A stretch of DNA of 64,000 nt from the NCBI RefSeq assembly GCF_009914755.1, contig NC_060942.1; one strand, written 5' to 3'. The notes under the pieces are model-generated. The model saw only the letters and a program-made list of their open reading frames with translations. It did not search any database and was not told where the DNA came from. Positions within the stretch are counted from its first letter, which is position 1, and each line of letters opens with the position of its first letter. The translations under genes were made by a program, and so were the position numbers. Positions 1 through 14,327 of the stretch are shown piece after piece. This DNA comes from the human T2T-CHM13v2.0 reference genome, Homo sapiens.

Positions 1-260
1 CAAGGCACTGACAGGGGAACCTTCTCCAAATGGGGCCGGAATCCCCAAAGCCCGTTGTTACTGGGCATCAGCCATAGTGCATGGGGGAGCTATACCTCCT
101 GTCAAGAAACAGGAAGGAGCGAACATCCAAAGATGACTCACCTGTAAAGAAGTCGTCATATTACCAAATATCTAATTTCCCTAAAAAGGAAAGAGGAGAA
201 CCAGTTCCTTGCTAACATGAGTGTGTGCTTTTATCACCATTTGCCGAGAAGCAAGGTGAA

Positions 261-575
261 GGCCGATCACAATGGCTCACACCTGTGACTCCCACATTTT
301 GGGAAGCTGAGGCGGGCAGATCACTTGAGCCCAGGAGTTTAAGACAAGCCTGGGCAACATAGTGAGACCTCGTCACTACAAAAAAATGAAAGAATAAAAA
401 AATTAGCCTGGCGTGGTGCTGCATGTCTATAGTCTGAGCTTCACAGAAGGCTGAGGTGGGAGGATCACTTGAGCCCAGGAGTTCAAGGCAGTGGTGAGCA
501 GCGGTGGTGCCACTGAACCCCAGCATGGGCAACAGAGCAAGACCCTCTCTCAAACAAACAGCAACAACAAAACAA
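261..575 (+). mobile_element. Alu (AluJ-like)
   Basis: GGCCGATCACAATGGCTCAC head, dimeric body, A-rich linker, CAAA-rich tail; J-type GGATCACTTGAGCCCAGGAG in both arms. Confidence 0.93.
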
Positions 576-1399
576 GGAAAGATTGCAGATCTGAGGAGGG
601 AGCAGACCCCAAGAAGCAAGCTCAGTACAAGCAGGAGTGTAAGGGAGTTGGGCTTGGGCTTGGGCTCGGGTGAGCCAGGACCCGGGAGCCAGGGCAGGGA
701 GGGTGTCCTACTCTCAACTTCTGTGGTCTGAAACTTTAGAGGAAAAGGCAACAGGAGAAAATACAGTCTACCAGTCTGGGAAGAGGTCTAGTAACTGGAT
801 ACCCAAATTTATGCCCAAAGATAAGAAGAGGAGTTAGTGTTAGCAGATATTGTTGGTCCTTAAATGTAAACGGAAACCTCTTCATTCATGGAAGGAAAGT
901 GGAGAGGGGTCAGGCCGATTGTTTGGTAAGCAATGAAGCTGGGTCCAAACCTGGATCTCCTGTTTCTTGTCCCTTGCAAGTCACCCTGTGTACATCTCCT
1001 ATATGTCATCTTGATTGCCACAACACGCCGTAGGGGACAGGGATGTTATTTTGGGGGTTGGGGAATCAGGTAGAATTCTTTTGCTCCAGTTTATGTGCAA
1101 AAAACAAAAAAATCTAACAGAACAAAAAAATGGACAAAGGAGAGAAAATGGAAAAGCAAATAAGATGAAATAGAAATGGCTAATAAATGTATTCAATAAT
1201 GCTCACTTTGATTAGGAATAGCTTTGTCCCTAGATTACTAGTAATTAGGGAGACCCTAGATCATAACCTGCTTCACTGTTTTCAGCAAGAAATTTTCCAA
1301 CATTCTAAAGAGGGGAAAAATATAGCTACTCCTCTTTTTCTGGATGTGGGTGAAAATGTGGAGAAGGCTGTTTGAGAGAGGCTATGATCCGAATTGCCA

Positions 1400-1798
<399 letters not shown>

Positions 1799-2679
1799 TG
1801 AGATGTCCATAGGGATTGGGGGAGGTAGTCCTGGAACCAGATGCCTGATGCCTTGATAATGTTGCAGCCAATATTTTACCCAATAGTGTGTACCTTAAAA
1901 GTCTGACAAGTGGTAGATACGCAGCCAAAGAGATGTGCCACCTTTATCATCACAAGAGAGGGTCCGAGAACTCATTCTCTTTTCTGTGCAGGCACAGGCT
2001 GGCCCCTTGGTGCTTTAAAGACAAAGTTCCTTGAGAAAGGGCAAACTCCCCAGGGACAAAGTGGATAGAGCAGCTTTTCTCTGAAGAAGATCCAAGGCAG
2101 GCCCTGAGTACCCATGGCCACTCTGGAAGTGGCATAAAATATCTAATCTCTCCAAAAGCTCCACTTCCCCTCTGATTCAGGGATAGTGAGTATGGGTCTT
2201 CAGGGAGCTCGCTTAGGAGGTCCACTGTCTTCTATCTAACTTTATTTCAAGTAGGCTCTGACACTGGAACCTCTTTGTTATACCTCAGTAACCTATGGGT
2301 AAAACCTATGGGTACAGCAAAATTTGGCCACCTGGATGTCTCTGTGTTTGTGAGTGCCTTGCAGCCCAAATAGACTCTAATAGGTAACAGGGAAGGCCTT
2401 CTGCTCTCAGCCACATGCCTTGGCTTTCCAAGGAGCCAGAGTGTGCACACAGTTGCCAGAAAGCTGTCACTCATTTGACTGATGGCAAGGGCCTTGTGTA
2501 GACAACCTGGAAGAAACAGATGCCGTTGAGATTTGTGAGATGGTGCCACGAGTTACCAGCTGGCTTTCTACATCCTTATTACTTAGACTAGGGCATATAA
2601 TACTCTTCAGTCAATCATAGTTGAATTTGTTAGCATCCTAGATCAAAAAGCTTAGAACCAACATTTCCTTTTTTTAAAT

Positions 2680-3500
<821 letters not shown>

Positions 3501-3502
3501 TA

Positions 3503-3720
3503 CGGTGGCAGAGGCTACCAGTCATTCCCACATCAGTTCCCCATTGCCTTGTCATAACAATCTCACTACCCAGCTAAAGGCTACACTTCCCAGCCTCCCC
3601 TGAAGCTAAGTGTGACCATGTGACCAAGTTTCAGCCAATGAGATGTGAGAAGAGACTTTGCAACTTTTAGGATGTTCCCTTAAAGGGAAGGAGCACACCC
3701 TCCCCTTCTCCTTTTCTCCT
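3503..3720 (+). mobile_element. MaLR LTR fragment (MLT1I/J-like)
   Basis: CCCAGCTAAAGGCTACACTTCCCAGCCTCCC...GCCAATGAGATGTGAGAAG, same motif as at 22255. Confidence 0.65.
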
Positions 3721-3721
3721 T

Positions 3722-4011
3722 GTCCAGTGGCAATGCCCTTAGAAGAGGAGGAGAGAGAGACACACAGGAAGCAAAAGCCATGTGAAGACAGAAGCAGAGA
3801 TTGGAGAGATGCATCCACAAGCCAAGGAAAGCCAACAGCTACCAGAAGCTGGAATAAGTAAGGCTGTCCCCTAGAACTGTCAGAGAGAGTGTAGCCCTGC
3901 CAGCACCTTGATTTTGGACTTCTAGCATCTAGCGCTCATGAGAATAAATTTTGGTTGTTTTAAGCCACCAAGTTTCTTTTCTGGTTATAGCAGCCCAAGA
4001 CGACTAATACA
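3722..4011 (+). mobile_element. MaLR LTR 3' part (MLT1B/C-like)
   Basis: GCCATGTGAAGACAGAAGCAGAGATTGGAG...AATAAATTTTGGTTGTTTAAGCCACC...GACTAATACA terminus. Confidence 0.8.
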
Positions 4012-4520
4012 CCATGGTATACTCATTTCATAGAATACCGTGCAGTAATTGAAAAGAGTGAGGTCCACCAATATGTGCTGTCATGAAAAGATCTTGAAGA
4101 CACTGGTGAATGAAAAAAGCATGTGGCTGAATTATATTATATATCCATTACAATATCACTTACACAGAGGGAAGCCATAACCAAGACTATACTTTCTACA
4201 GGAACAAATAAATACATGTACATGCAGAAACACGTCTGATGTGTATCAAGCAAAGAACAGTGCTGACCTGTGGGGTAGGAGAAGGAGCTGAAGAGAGGAT
4301 CAGGATTATGGAAGATGGTCAGAGGACTTAGTTCTATTGATAATGTTTCCATTTTTAAAAAGATAAATATTTACATATGAATTGTGCAATAAAGTTACTT
4401 CAATCTAAGATGGGAGTGGTAAGACCGGCAGTAGGGAAGGAGCCTGATTGGACCACTGGGCACAGGGTCTTGGGCATATTATCTTTCAGAGTCACCAATT
4501 GATCTGCCCCACTTACCTCC

Positions 4521-4840
4521 TGTGGTGGGCTGAATAATAGTCCCTCCTCCAAATATGTCCCTGTCCTAATCCCTGGAACCTATGAGTGTTATATTGCAAA
4601 AGGGGCTTTACAGATGTGATTAAGTTAAGTTTCTTGAGATTTTGGGGTTATCCTGGAGTAGCTGGGTGTGCCTGATATAATTACAGATATAATTACTTTT
4701 ATAAGAGAAGGCAGGGTCAGAGGAGAAGATGTGACTATGGAAGCAGAGATTGGAGTGATGCACTTTAAAGATGGAAGAAAAGGACCAGGTAAAGAATACA
4801 GGTGGCCACTAGCAGCTGGAAAAGTCATGGAAACAGATTC
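4521..4840 (+). mobile_element. MaLR LTR 5' part (MLT1C/D-like), 3' truncated
   Basis: TGTGGTGGGCTGAATAAT start, GTCCTAATCCCTGGAACC, GAAGCAGAGATTGGAGTGATGC; breaks off at GAAACAGATTC. Confidence 0.8.
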
Positions 4841-7532
4841 AGACTCCGTCTAAAAAATAAAAAACTTCTTAGAAGTTGAGGCACTCTCTTTCTGGAAAAG
4901 AAAAATCTCTAAATTTCAAGATTTTCCCTAATGAATCTTGAGATATTGACTATGATGAAAGTGAAGACTTTTTCTGTCTTTCCAAATTTGAATTCTAAGT
5001 GTGCTCAGCAATTTCAGCTCCGCTCTGGAAACCACAGCAAGCTGAAGGTGAAATGAAAATCGTCCAGTTCTAGCACATCATAATGCCAGCCGAGAAAATT
5101 ATAAAGCCTAGCCACGATGACTGGCTATCTTAAAACTTAGACATAAATGCCTGAGAAACTCTCTTCCCAAATGGCAGGAACTCCCACTATTCCCATTACC
5201 ACCCTTATCACTGGGAAATCAGACTGGAAGAGAAGGCTCACTTGGAGAAATGTGGACATCTCCTCCCAGTCCAACACCAGTGTGCGGCGCAAACAGAGGA
5301 GCTGTAGCAGGCCAGGGCCATCCACATGAGGACTCCTGTCTGGACAGCTCCAAGAAATAGGACAGAAGATGTCTCCTGCAGGAGCATGAGGAATATTCTG
5401 TCTTTACGAAGCAGTATTTTGATCCTAAAAACAAAGTTTTCCACAGAAGATACAGGATAACAATCCAGAACAAATCTTCTCATCTATTGTTCTAGTAACT
5501 TCTTGTGCATAGAACTTCTTGAGTTCTATGGATTTCTTCATCTAATGCCCTGCTAGTAGCTACAAACAGAGACATAATAACCTAACCACTCTGTTCATCT
5601 TTGTTTTCCCTTAGAATGTGTGAGAAGAGGATGTAGAGAACTTGGATGTGATGAATCATTTTCAGAATATGCTTTGAAGCATTGAAACAGACAATTTTAA
5701 AAGACAAAACACAGGATAATTGCATGCCTGCGCCAAGAGGGAATCCTGAAGAAAGTCAGCGCTTCCAGAGGAATTACTTGCTACCAGGGTGTCCCTTCCT
5801 TGACCCCCCTTCTCTCTGTGAGACATTGCACATTCCAAACAAGGAGGGCTCTCTCACGTCCATCTTTTCACGGATGTAGCCTTCTTGGCTGGATGGAGGA
5901 AGATCGTCTTGAATGTGGAGCATGTTCTGGGTTGCCTCCTGCTGCTCTGAGCCCACCCTTAACACGTGGAAGCCATAAGGAGGCATCACTGGAGGCAGAC
6001 CGGACACCTGTTTGCTGATGATCCTCAGCCCCCACCATTAGGTGCTGCTTCCATGTGGAGACCAAGACCTTTCCATCATCCATGGGACCCACCTACTCAC
6101 TGTGGCACGGACCCAGTTGGGAAAGCCTACAGCAATCCTTGTGTTGTGGAAGGACTCAACTCTGAGATGACAGAAGAGAGGGTCCTAGGTTGTCTGCTCC
6201 TTGAAGAAAAACTGATGAGGAGAACAAATTGTCCCTCTGGGACTGGCTCCTCTTGTCACTCAGCCTTGACCAAGTCCTTCGCTCTTTCCTACAGCATTAG
6301 ATTCCATCACAGGTGAAAGTGCTTCCAGTTCCAGCCCCCTACTCATCTCTCTGGTTCCCCTCCCCACATTTTCCGTCCTGTTCCCTCTAATCTCTGGGCG
6401 GGATGAACAGCATTTCTAAACTGTTGTCTAGAAAGAGGAAGCACTGAGTCAGATCACTCCAGAAAAAGACAAATAGCCAAATGGGCATACTTGTCTACAC
6501 CAGCTCCGTCACAGCCACTTCTGAAAAACAAGGGAGCAGGCATACAAGCACACCTTCAGGGGGATCAGAGATGTGGAGGGAGCATCAGACTTCCCAAAGC
6601 GTTTCCCTGTTGTAACAAACCAAGACATTTATGTACATTCTTTTAACGTGCATATGTTTACTGCCTGTGTGTGCACTGCCATCCTATCTGTGGCACATAT
6701 GTAGTATGTACGACCTATCTAGACATGAAAGCAATCTAGGTCAGCTGCCACCACGTGTTCTAGGTCCTTGTGGAAAGCCACTGGCTTCACCCTGTGCTGT
6801 CTGCATGCCCTCTTAAGGGAGAGGCTCAGAGGTAAGTAGAAGAAAAACTTGTGACTGAAATAAGTTTAGAAGAGCAGATTTCATGGCCACTCCAGCAGCT
6901 GGATAGCCCAAGCATCAGGAGGTCTTACTGTTTCTTTTTCTTTTATTTTTTCTCATCCCTCTGGGATGCGGCCAAAACACATCTGAGAGAGAGAGCTCGT
7001 CCCTTGCTATCCTGTGCCCCTAAGTGACCAGCAGAGGTAAAGCCATGTCAGGTTTTTAGCTTCTGTACATAACAAAAAGCTTTTATTTTCAAATCTTAAG
7101 GCAGCATTTTCTCCAGATGGGACCTCTGTTGGAGCTGTGCCACTGAGGAGAGGAGTCATATCCTTAGGGTTCCTGGTTCTTGCCTAGTATCTGACTATCC
7201 CCTCCTTCTAGAGGACCTGGGGTGGCTGGGTTTGGGTATTTGGCCATTGGAAGTGACAGGATGAAGACTCAAGGAAAAACAGCCATTTTTTTGAGGAAAC
7301 ATTCTCCTAGAGGAGAGCGCATTGCATTCCTCACCAGGAGAGATTTCTCTAGGATGTCCTCCTTATTGTCCTTTCTTTCAGTGTGCCTCAGTCATTTAAG
7401 TCACAAAGCAAGCTCAGTTGTGCTTCTGCAAAAACTAAAAAAGGACGGGTATGTTCCCACGAGAATTTTTTAAATGTTAAAGGTTGAAGTTTTGTGGCAC
7501 ACTTTTAAAATTTATTCATCTTTTAATTTTGA

Positions 7533-7856
<324 letters not shown>

Positions 7857-9749
7857 AATTGTCATTTTTCAAAATAGCAATACAACGAACTTGCCCCAAG
7901 CCCACCCACTGCTAACACCATACCCTGCCTGTGCTGGCTCTCTGTGTACACACCTCCTTCTTGCTGAACCATTAGAAAGGAGGACACAGGTGCCCGACAG
8001 GCCCCCTAGACCCTTCAACTACAATGCTTCTGCCACCACTAAGGAAACAAACATGTATTCAATAAAAGAATCTAACACAATTTCCCCAATTGTCCCACTG
8101 GTGTTTTTTATAGTTCATTTTCCTTTCAACTCAGAATAAAATCAAGGCTCACACTTTAGCATTTGGGTGCTATGCCTTGTTATTCTTCCTTAATATAGAA
8201 CAATCCTATCCCCTCACTCTACCTGGTAATGAGTCCTTTGAAGGGTCCCTGCAAAACATCCCACATTCTATATTCGTCCCTTTCCTTGTGACTATATTTA
8301 GGTGCAACATTTCTGGCAAGAACACTGTTTGGTGAATTTCTGAACCTCTCACTACTTCACAGCAGGAACACATAGTATTGTTGGTGTTTGAAGCCACAGT
8401 ATCAAATCCAGTAACACAGGCTTCTTCCACAGCTTCTCTCATTCCACTTCTTCCACAGTGAAAACCCTGCTTCCCAAAACAGGGATATATTGATTCCTGT
8501 GTGCTAACCCACAGTTCACACCCAAGAGTTTTAGTATTAAGGTGCCAACACCATTTTTAAAAAACACATCCAATACTAAGTTTAAAATGTCTTTGCCTCT
8601 TAATTTTATTTTTGTCTTTAGAATATATTCCCCTGAGGATACACTGCCAGAGTATTGTTTTTAAGTTACTTTAATCAGTTATGTTATATTTGTACAGGAC
8701 ATTATGGATAATGGGAAAGAACTATAAATAATTCACATATGTCCTTCTGTGAAAATAAATATAAAAATGTAAAGCGATTTCATTTTCTAGTAAAATAAAT
8801 TAGAGGTGTAAGAAAAAAGGAAATGCAAACAGAATCAAGGGATTTTTAACAGATTCGTGGAAGAGAAGTGGTAACTGGTTTAGCAGAGAAGAGGAAGCCA
8901 CAGCCTAAAGTATGTGCCTGAATCACACATAGAAAAGGAACCAGCCCATCCTACCTGTCCCCGAACAGCCGGAGGCTGGGGCAGCAGACACCACAGAAGC
9001 CAGGCTGAGGCTGGAGAAGAAAGCAGGGCTCAGATGAAAGACTTCACATGGCGCAGCTGGCCCCACAGCCCCCTTCTCTCCCTGTGTGCAGAATGCCCCA
9101 ACAGGCTCTCAAGGACCCTCCCTGGAGACCTGTGCTGCCCCCTAGGGAGAGCTCTCTGTACGGGACATTCTTCCCCTGGCCCCTCAGATCTGCTGTCCAC
9201 CCTTCTCTACCGTGCCCATCCCCAGGAGGTGAACCACACACACTGTGTCCCTTGGGCTCTCTCCCTGTGGCTTTAGGGTGGGTTTTGCTGGGCCGGGGGC
9301 ACACAGGGGGCTGGCGTATTTATTCTCCTTTTTCTTCATGCCAGGCTATAGTTAAGCCAGGGCTGCATTCCCCTGCCTATGACAATGGTTTCTATTGAGA
9401 AGCCCCTCTCCCACAGCTAGGAGCATTTACTAGAGTCCAGAAACTTCTATCGCTCCAGATCTCAGGTGGTCATGGCTCCTGGCTGTTGCAGTCACCACCG
9501 AGCACTTTCACATCCATCACTGGTCCCCTTGGCCCCTTACAGTCCCATTGTTCAACTCTCTCCCTGGCCCCGTCTGGAGCATCCATGTATTTCCCGACCG
9601 GATGGCGGCTGACACAACCTCCACACACCAATAACTTCTGGTCCCCTGACAAGCTGTCCACCACCCACTCGACAGAGAGGCCCACTGGGCGACTTCCCAT
9701 CTGCTTCTAAGTGACTCACTCTTATTTCTGAATGGGAAACCATGGTACA

Positions 9750-11060
9750 ATAAGTACAAGGAAAGCTCACCACATGCAGGCAAAAATACACAGAAAAAAA
9801 GGAACTAGAGGAAACAGAAGTCATGCCGGCAAAAACTTTAAAATATAAATAAAATGTAAATAATACCCTCAGAGACGTTCAAGATGATATTGAGCCCCTA
9901 AATCAATAAATGAATGAATTAAAAACAAGAACACAATCTTGCTATTTAAAAATATAACACGTAGTCAGATGTATTGCGGTCATTCCCCTTTACCTGCGGT
10001 TTTGTGTCATTGCCCCCAGCATAGCCTCGCCTATGCTGATTGATACAATATTCAACAGTTAAACATGCAACATTAAAAAATTCATTAAAAGGTTTGAGAG
10101 GTAAAAATTTTTTAAAATCTCCTGGAAAGTAGAATAGACAAGATTTTTAAATATAGAGATTCAATACACACACACAAAAGCCAATGTAAGTGTTCTAAAT
10201 GAGAGAATATAGAAAATTATTCGGAAGAAAGTATCCAAGAAATACAAAAATATGAGCCTTAATTAAAAGATATAAGTCTCCAGAATTACTGTATCCATTA
10301 TCAACCCAGTACCATAAAGAAAAAAAACCAATACCGAGGCAGTTTTAAAGAAATTTCTCATCACCAGAAAGGAATAATTCTATTAGCTTCCAAAGAGGAA
10401 ACAAACAAACAAAAAACACAAAACACAGGTTACCTGAAAAAGGAACACAAGTGAGAATGGCCTCAGGATTCTTAATAGTAACACTCGAATTTAGAAGATA
10501 ATGGAATAAAGTCTTCAAATTCCAAGAGAAAATATTTGTAGCTAAGAATTATATAACCAGCCAAATTAGCAATAACATATGAGCAGAATAGGATATCTTC
10601 AAACATGCAAAGACCTATAATATTACTTCTTAAGCTGTCTTTCTAAGAAAACTCCTAGAGAATGTTCTCCCATAATATGAGGGTATAAATCAAGAAAGAT
10701 GAAAACATGGAGTCCAGGAGACAATAGATTCAACCCAAAAGAGCAATGAAGATAAGACCTGTAATACTATCTGTATATGCCTGACGAGCAACCAGGCCAC
10801 AATGAACTCAGAATGTGAAGGGCCTCCAGGGTGCAATTATGATTGCTGCTGACTGTGTGCTGAATGATACAGCAGAGAAGCCTCACAAGGCATTTCCATC
10901 AGCAAGAGGACAGCATAAGAGAGACCTAGATCAGCCCCAGAGAAGGGAGCACAAACTTAAAACTTTGCATTATTTGGCAACCATGAAAATGCTAAGTTGG
11001 GGGCAAGTATCTATAGATGGCTGAATGTCTATAGTCCATTCATTCAGCAGATGTTAAAAA
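9750..11060 (+). mobile_element. ancient L1 (L1ME/HAL1-like) ORF1 and 3' remnants
   Basis: A-rich degenerate ORF1 C-terminal motifs (GAATGGCCTCAGGATTCT, AGAATTATATAACCAGCCAAATTAGC); the host sequence resumes after 18695. Confidence 0.55.
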
Positions 11061-14000
11061 GAATGAGGCAGGGTGGCCAAGATGGCTGACTGGAAGCAGC
11101 TGGTGTGCGTGGATCTCACAGAGAGGAACAGAAGGGGCAAGCAAATACAACACCTTCAACTGAAACATCCAGGTCCTCGCATTGAGATTAATCGAGGAAA
11201 CAACCTGACCCACAGATAATGAGGAAAAGCAAGACAGGACAATGGCCCACCTCGGAGCAACACGGAGCCAGAAGATCCTCCCCAACCCAGGGACACAGTG
11301 AGTGAATGAACCACCCTGGGAAACCACACTTCTCCCACAGATCTTTGCAACCCTTGGGTCAGGAGATCACCTTGTGAACCCACTCCACCAGGGCCTTCAG
11401 TCTTAAGTCTGACAGACAGAGCTATGCAAAGTCTTGGCAGAGCAGCCACTTAGGCATGCATGGAGACCCTGGAGACTTACATACTTGGGCTTTCTGGCAA
11501 AAGTAGCTACAGTTCTGGGAAAGTGGGAGGTTAGACTCCTCTACATACCCCTAGGAAGGAGGCTGAATCTAGGGGGCTGAACAGCAACAGCCTGCAGGCC
11601 CCACTTCCACAGCACCACACAAGATAAGACCCACTGGTTTGGAATTCCACCCAGCTACTAATAGCAGCATTACACCTCCCTAAGAAGGAACTCCTAGGTG
11701 GAGGAGCAGGCTGACATCTTTGCTATTTAGGCACCTTAGCCATTCCAGCCTTCAGGCTTTGGAGAGTTTGAGCTGATCTGGGGCAGAAAGGATGCCCCAC
11801 CATGGCACAGCTGCTCTACCTCAACATAGCCAGACTGCTGCTTTAAGCAGGTGCCTGATCCTGTTCCTCCTCACTAGCAGGACTCCCGAATGGGGCCTCC
11901 AGCCAGCCCCAACTAAGCTCTCCAGCTGACAGAGATCTGAATTCCCCCTGGGATGGTGCTTCCAGAGGGAGGGGTGGGCCATCATCTTTGTTGTTTGGGT
12001 GACTTAGCTGTTCTAGCCTTCAGGCTTTGGAAAGTCTGAGCCCACCCAGGGCAGGAGGGATCCCCCAGCATAGCACAGCTGTTCTACCACAACGTGCCCA
12101 GACTGCTGCTTTATGCAGGCACCTGATCCCATTCCTCCTCATTGGGCGGGACCTCAAAACCAGGGTCTCCAGTCACTTCCTATGATGCCTTTGGGCTGGC
12201 AACAGGTCCATACCTCCCTGCAACAAAGCTCCCAGAGGAAGGGACAGGCTGTCATCTTTGCTGTTTCACAGCCATCACTGGTGACACCTCCAGGTTCTGG
12301 AAAACCCAAGGTGACTAAGGACTAGAGTGGGCCCCAAGCATACTGCAGCAGCCCTATGGAAAAGTGGCCAGATTGTTACGTGGGTGCCTCTTCCCATATC
12401 TCCTCACATGGCAGGTCCTCCAGGCCTGGACCTCCAGCCACACCCCCTGCCAGAGCTATTGAGCCAATACCAACTCAGCAACTCCCTGGAAAGAGCCTCC
12501 AGGGGTAACTGAAAGCTTCTTGGCCACTGACTCTGCTGCGGAACTGCCCTTCCCACCCTTGGACTAATGGAGAGAAGACCCTACATGCCTTATCCACACC
12601 TCCAACAAACCACAGTCTTCCCAAGGAGAGGGGGCCAGCCCATCTCCCACAGGTACCACACACCCCCCATGACTCGTCACCAGACAGGAAACCCCTGGCT
12701 TGGGCCCACAGCATAGATCCTCCATCTGGGACTGACTGCACTGAGTGATTGCTCACCTGCATCTCTCTAGGGTGGAACTCCCAGGAGTCAAGCAAAAGAT
12801 CCTTGGCCATAATCACTACTAAGATATCTTCCTCTGCTGCCTCTAAGCTGGAGAAGGAGCATAAACACTGAGATTGCCCCAGAGCTGCAGTGGGCAGCCC
12901 AGGAGTGCCAAGTCGTGATCTACAGTGAACACTCAAGGGGAAGAGAAACCCACACTTTCAGAGCACTGAGAAGGAACACGGCTGCAACTGTGAGGAAACA
13001 TAGGGTAGCCACATAACTGAGCAAGAGTCTACCAAATGACTAATAAGCCTAAGTGCCACCTGCTGGATCACACCCCAAAGCCTCAACACAGAAAAATACC
13101 TCACTAACATACCACCCTCTGAACCAGTGACAAGAAGTCAGCTTCAAATAAAGGCCCTACACAAAGCTTTCGCCTGGTGAAAACATCCAGAAAAAAAGTC
13201 TATTGACTGTACTCAATCTACACTGCAGTTAAAGGAACACCCATATGGAGAGATGAGAAAGAACCAACACAAGAACTCTGGTAACTCACACGGCCAGAGT
13301 GTCATATATTCTCCAAACAACTGCACCAATTCTCCAAGCATTCTTAATCAGGCCAAACTAGCAGGAATTACAGAAACAGAATTCAGAATATGGATATGAA
13401 CAAAGATCACTGAGATTCAAGAGGATTACAAAACCTAACCCAAGGTAAATAAGAATCACAATAAAGTGATACAGGAGCTGAAGGAAGAAATAGCCAATAT
13501 AAAAAAGAACCTAATGGGTCTGACAGAGCTGAATAACACAAGAACTTCACAATGCAATCACTAGTATTAACAGCAGAATAAACCAAACTGAGGAAAGAAT
13601 CTCAGCACTTGAATATGGGTTCTCTGAAATAAGACAGACAAACATTTTTTAAAAAGAATAAAAAGAAACGAACAAAACCTACAAGAAGTATGGGAATATG
13701 TAAGGAGGCCAAATCTACCAATCACTGGCCTCCCTGAAAGGGAGGGGGTGAAAGCAAACAACTTAGAAAATATATTTCATGATATCATCCATGAAAACTT
13801 CTCCAACCTTGCTAGAGAGGTCAACAGTCAAATTTAGGAAATACAGAGAACTCCTGCAAGATTCTACAAAAGAAGATCATCCCCAAGACACATAATTGTC
13901 AGATTTTCCAAGGTCAAAATGAAAGAATGTTAAAGGCAGCTAGAGAGAAAGGGTAGGTCACCTACAAAGGGATCCTCATCTGACTAACGGCAGACTTCTC

Positions 14001-14327
14001 ACCTAAAACCCTACAATTAATAGAAGAGACTGGGGACCTATATGAAACATTCTTAAAGTAAAGTTTTCAACCAAGAATTTCATATCCAGCCAAACTAAGC
14101 TTCCTAAGTGAAGGAGAAGTAAAATCATTTTCAGATAAGCAAGCATTGAGGGACTTCATTACCACCAGATCTGCCTTACAAAAAATCTTGAAAAGGGTAC
14201 TAAATATAGAAAGGAAAAACCACTATAAGCTAATATAAAAACACACTTAAAGACAAAGACCAGTGTCACTGTAAAGCAATCACGCAAACATAATAATCAG
14301 CCAACATAATAACCAGCTAACAGCACA

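Noticed and set aside
212-751. 179-aa ORF and many similar ORFs with LECSG/PASAS/GITG motifs
   Set aside because: Translations of Alu sequence, not genes
10017-10038. 8-bp hairpin CAGCATAG/CTATGCTG
   Set aside because: Too short; no RNA-gene features
11690-12330. Repeat-spacer or CRISPR-like array
   Set aside because: Long degenerate units inside an L1 5'UTR in eukaryotic DNA; no short identical repeats with unique spacers and no cas genes
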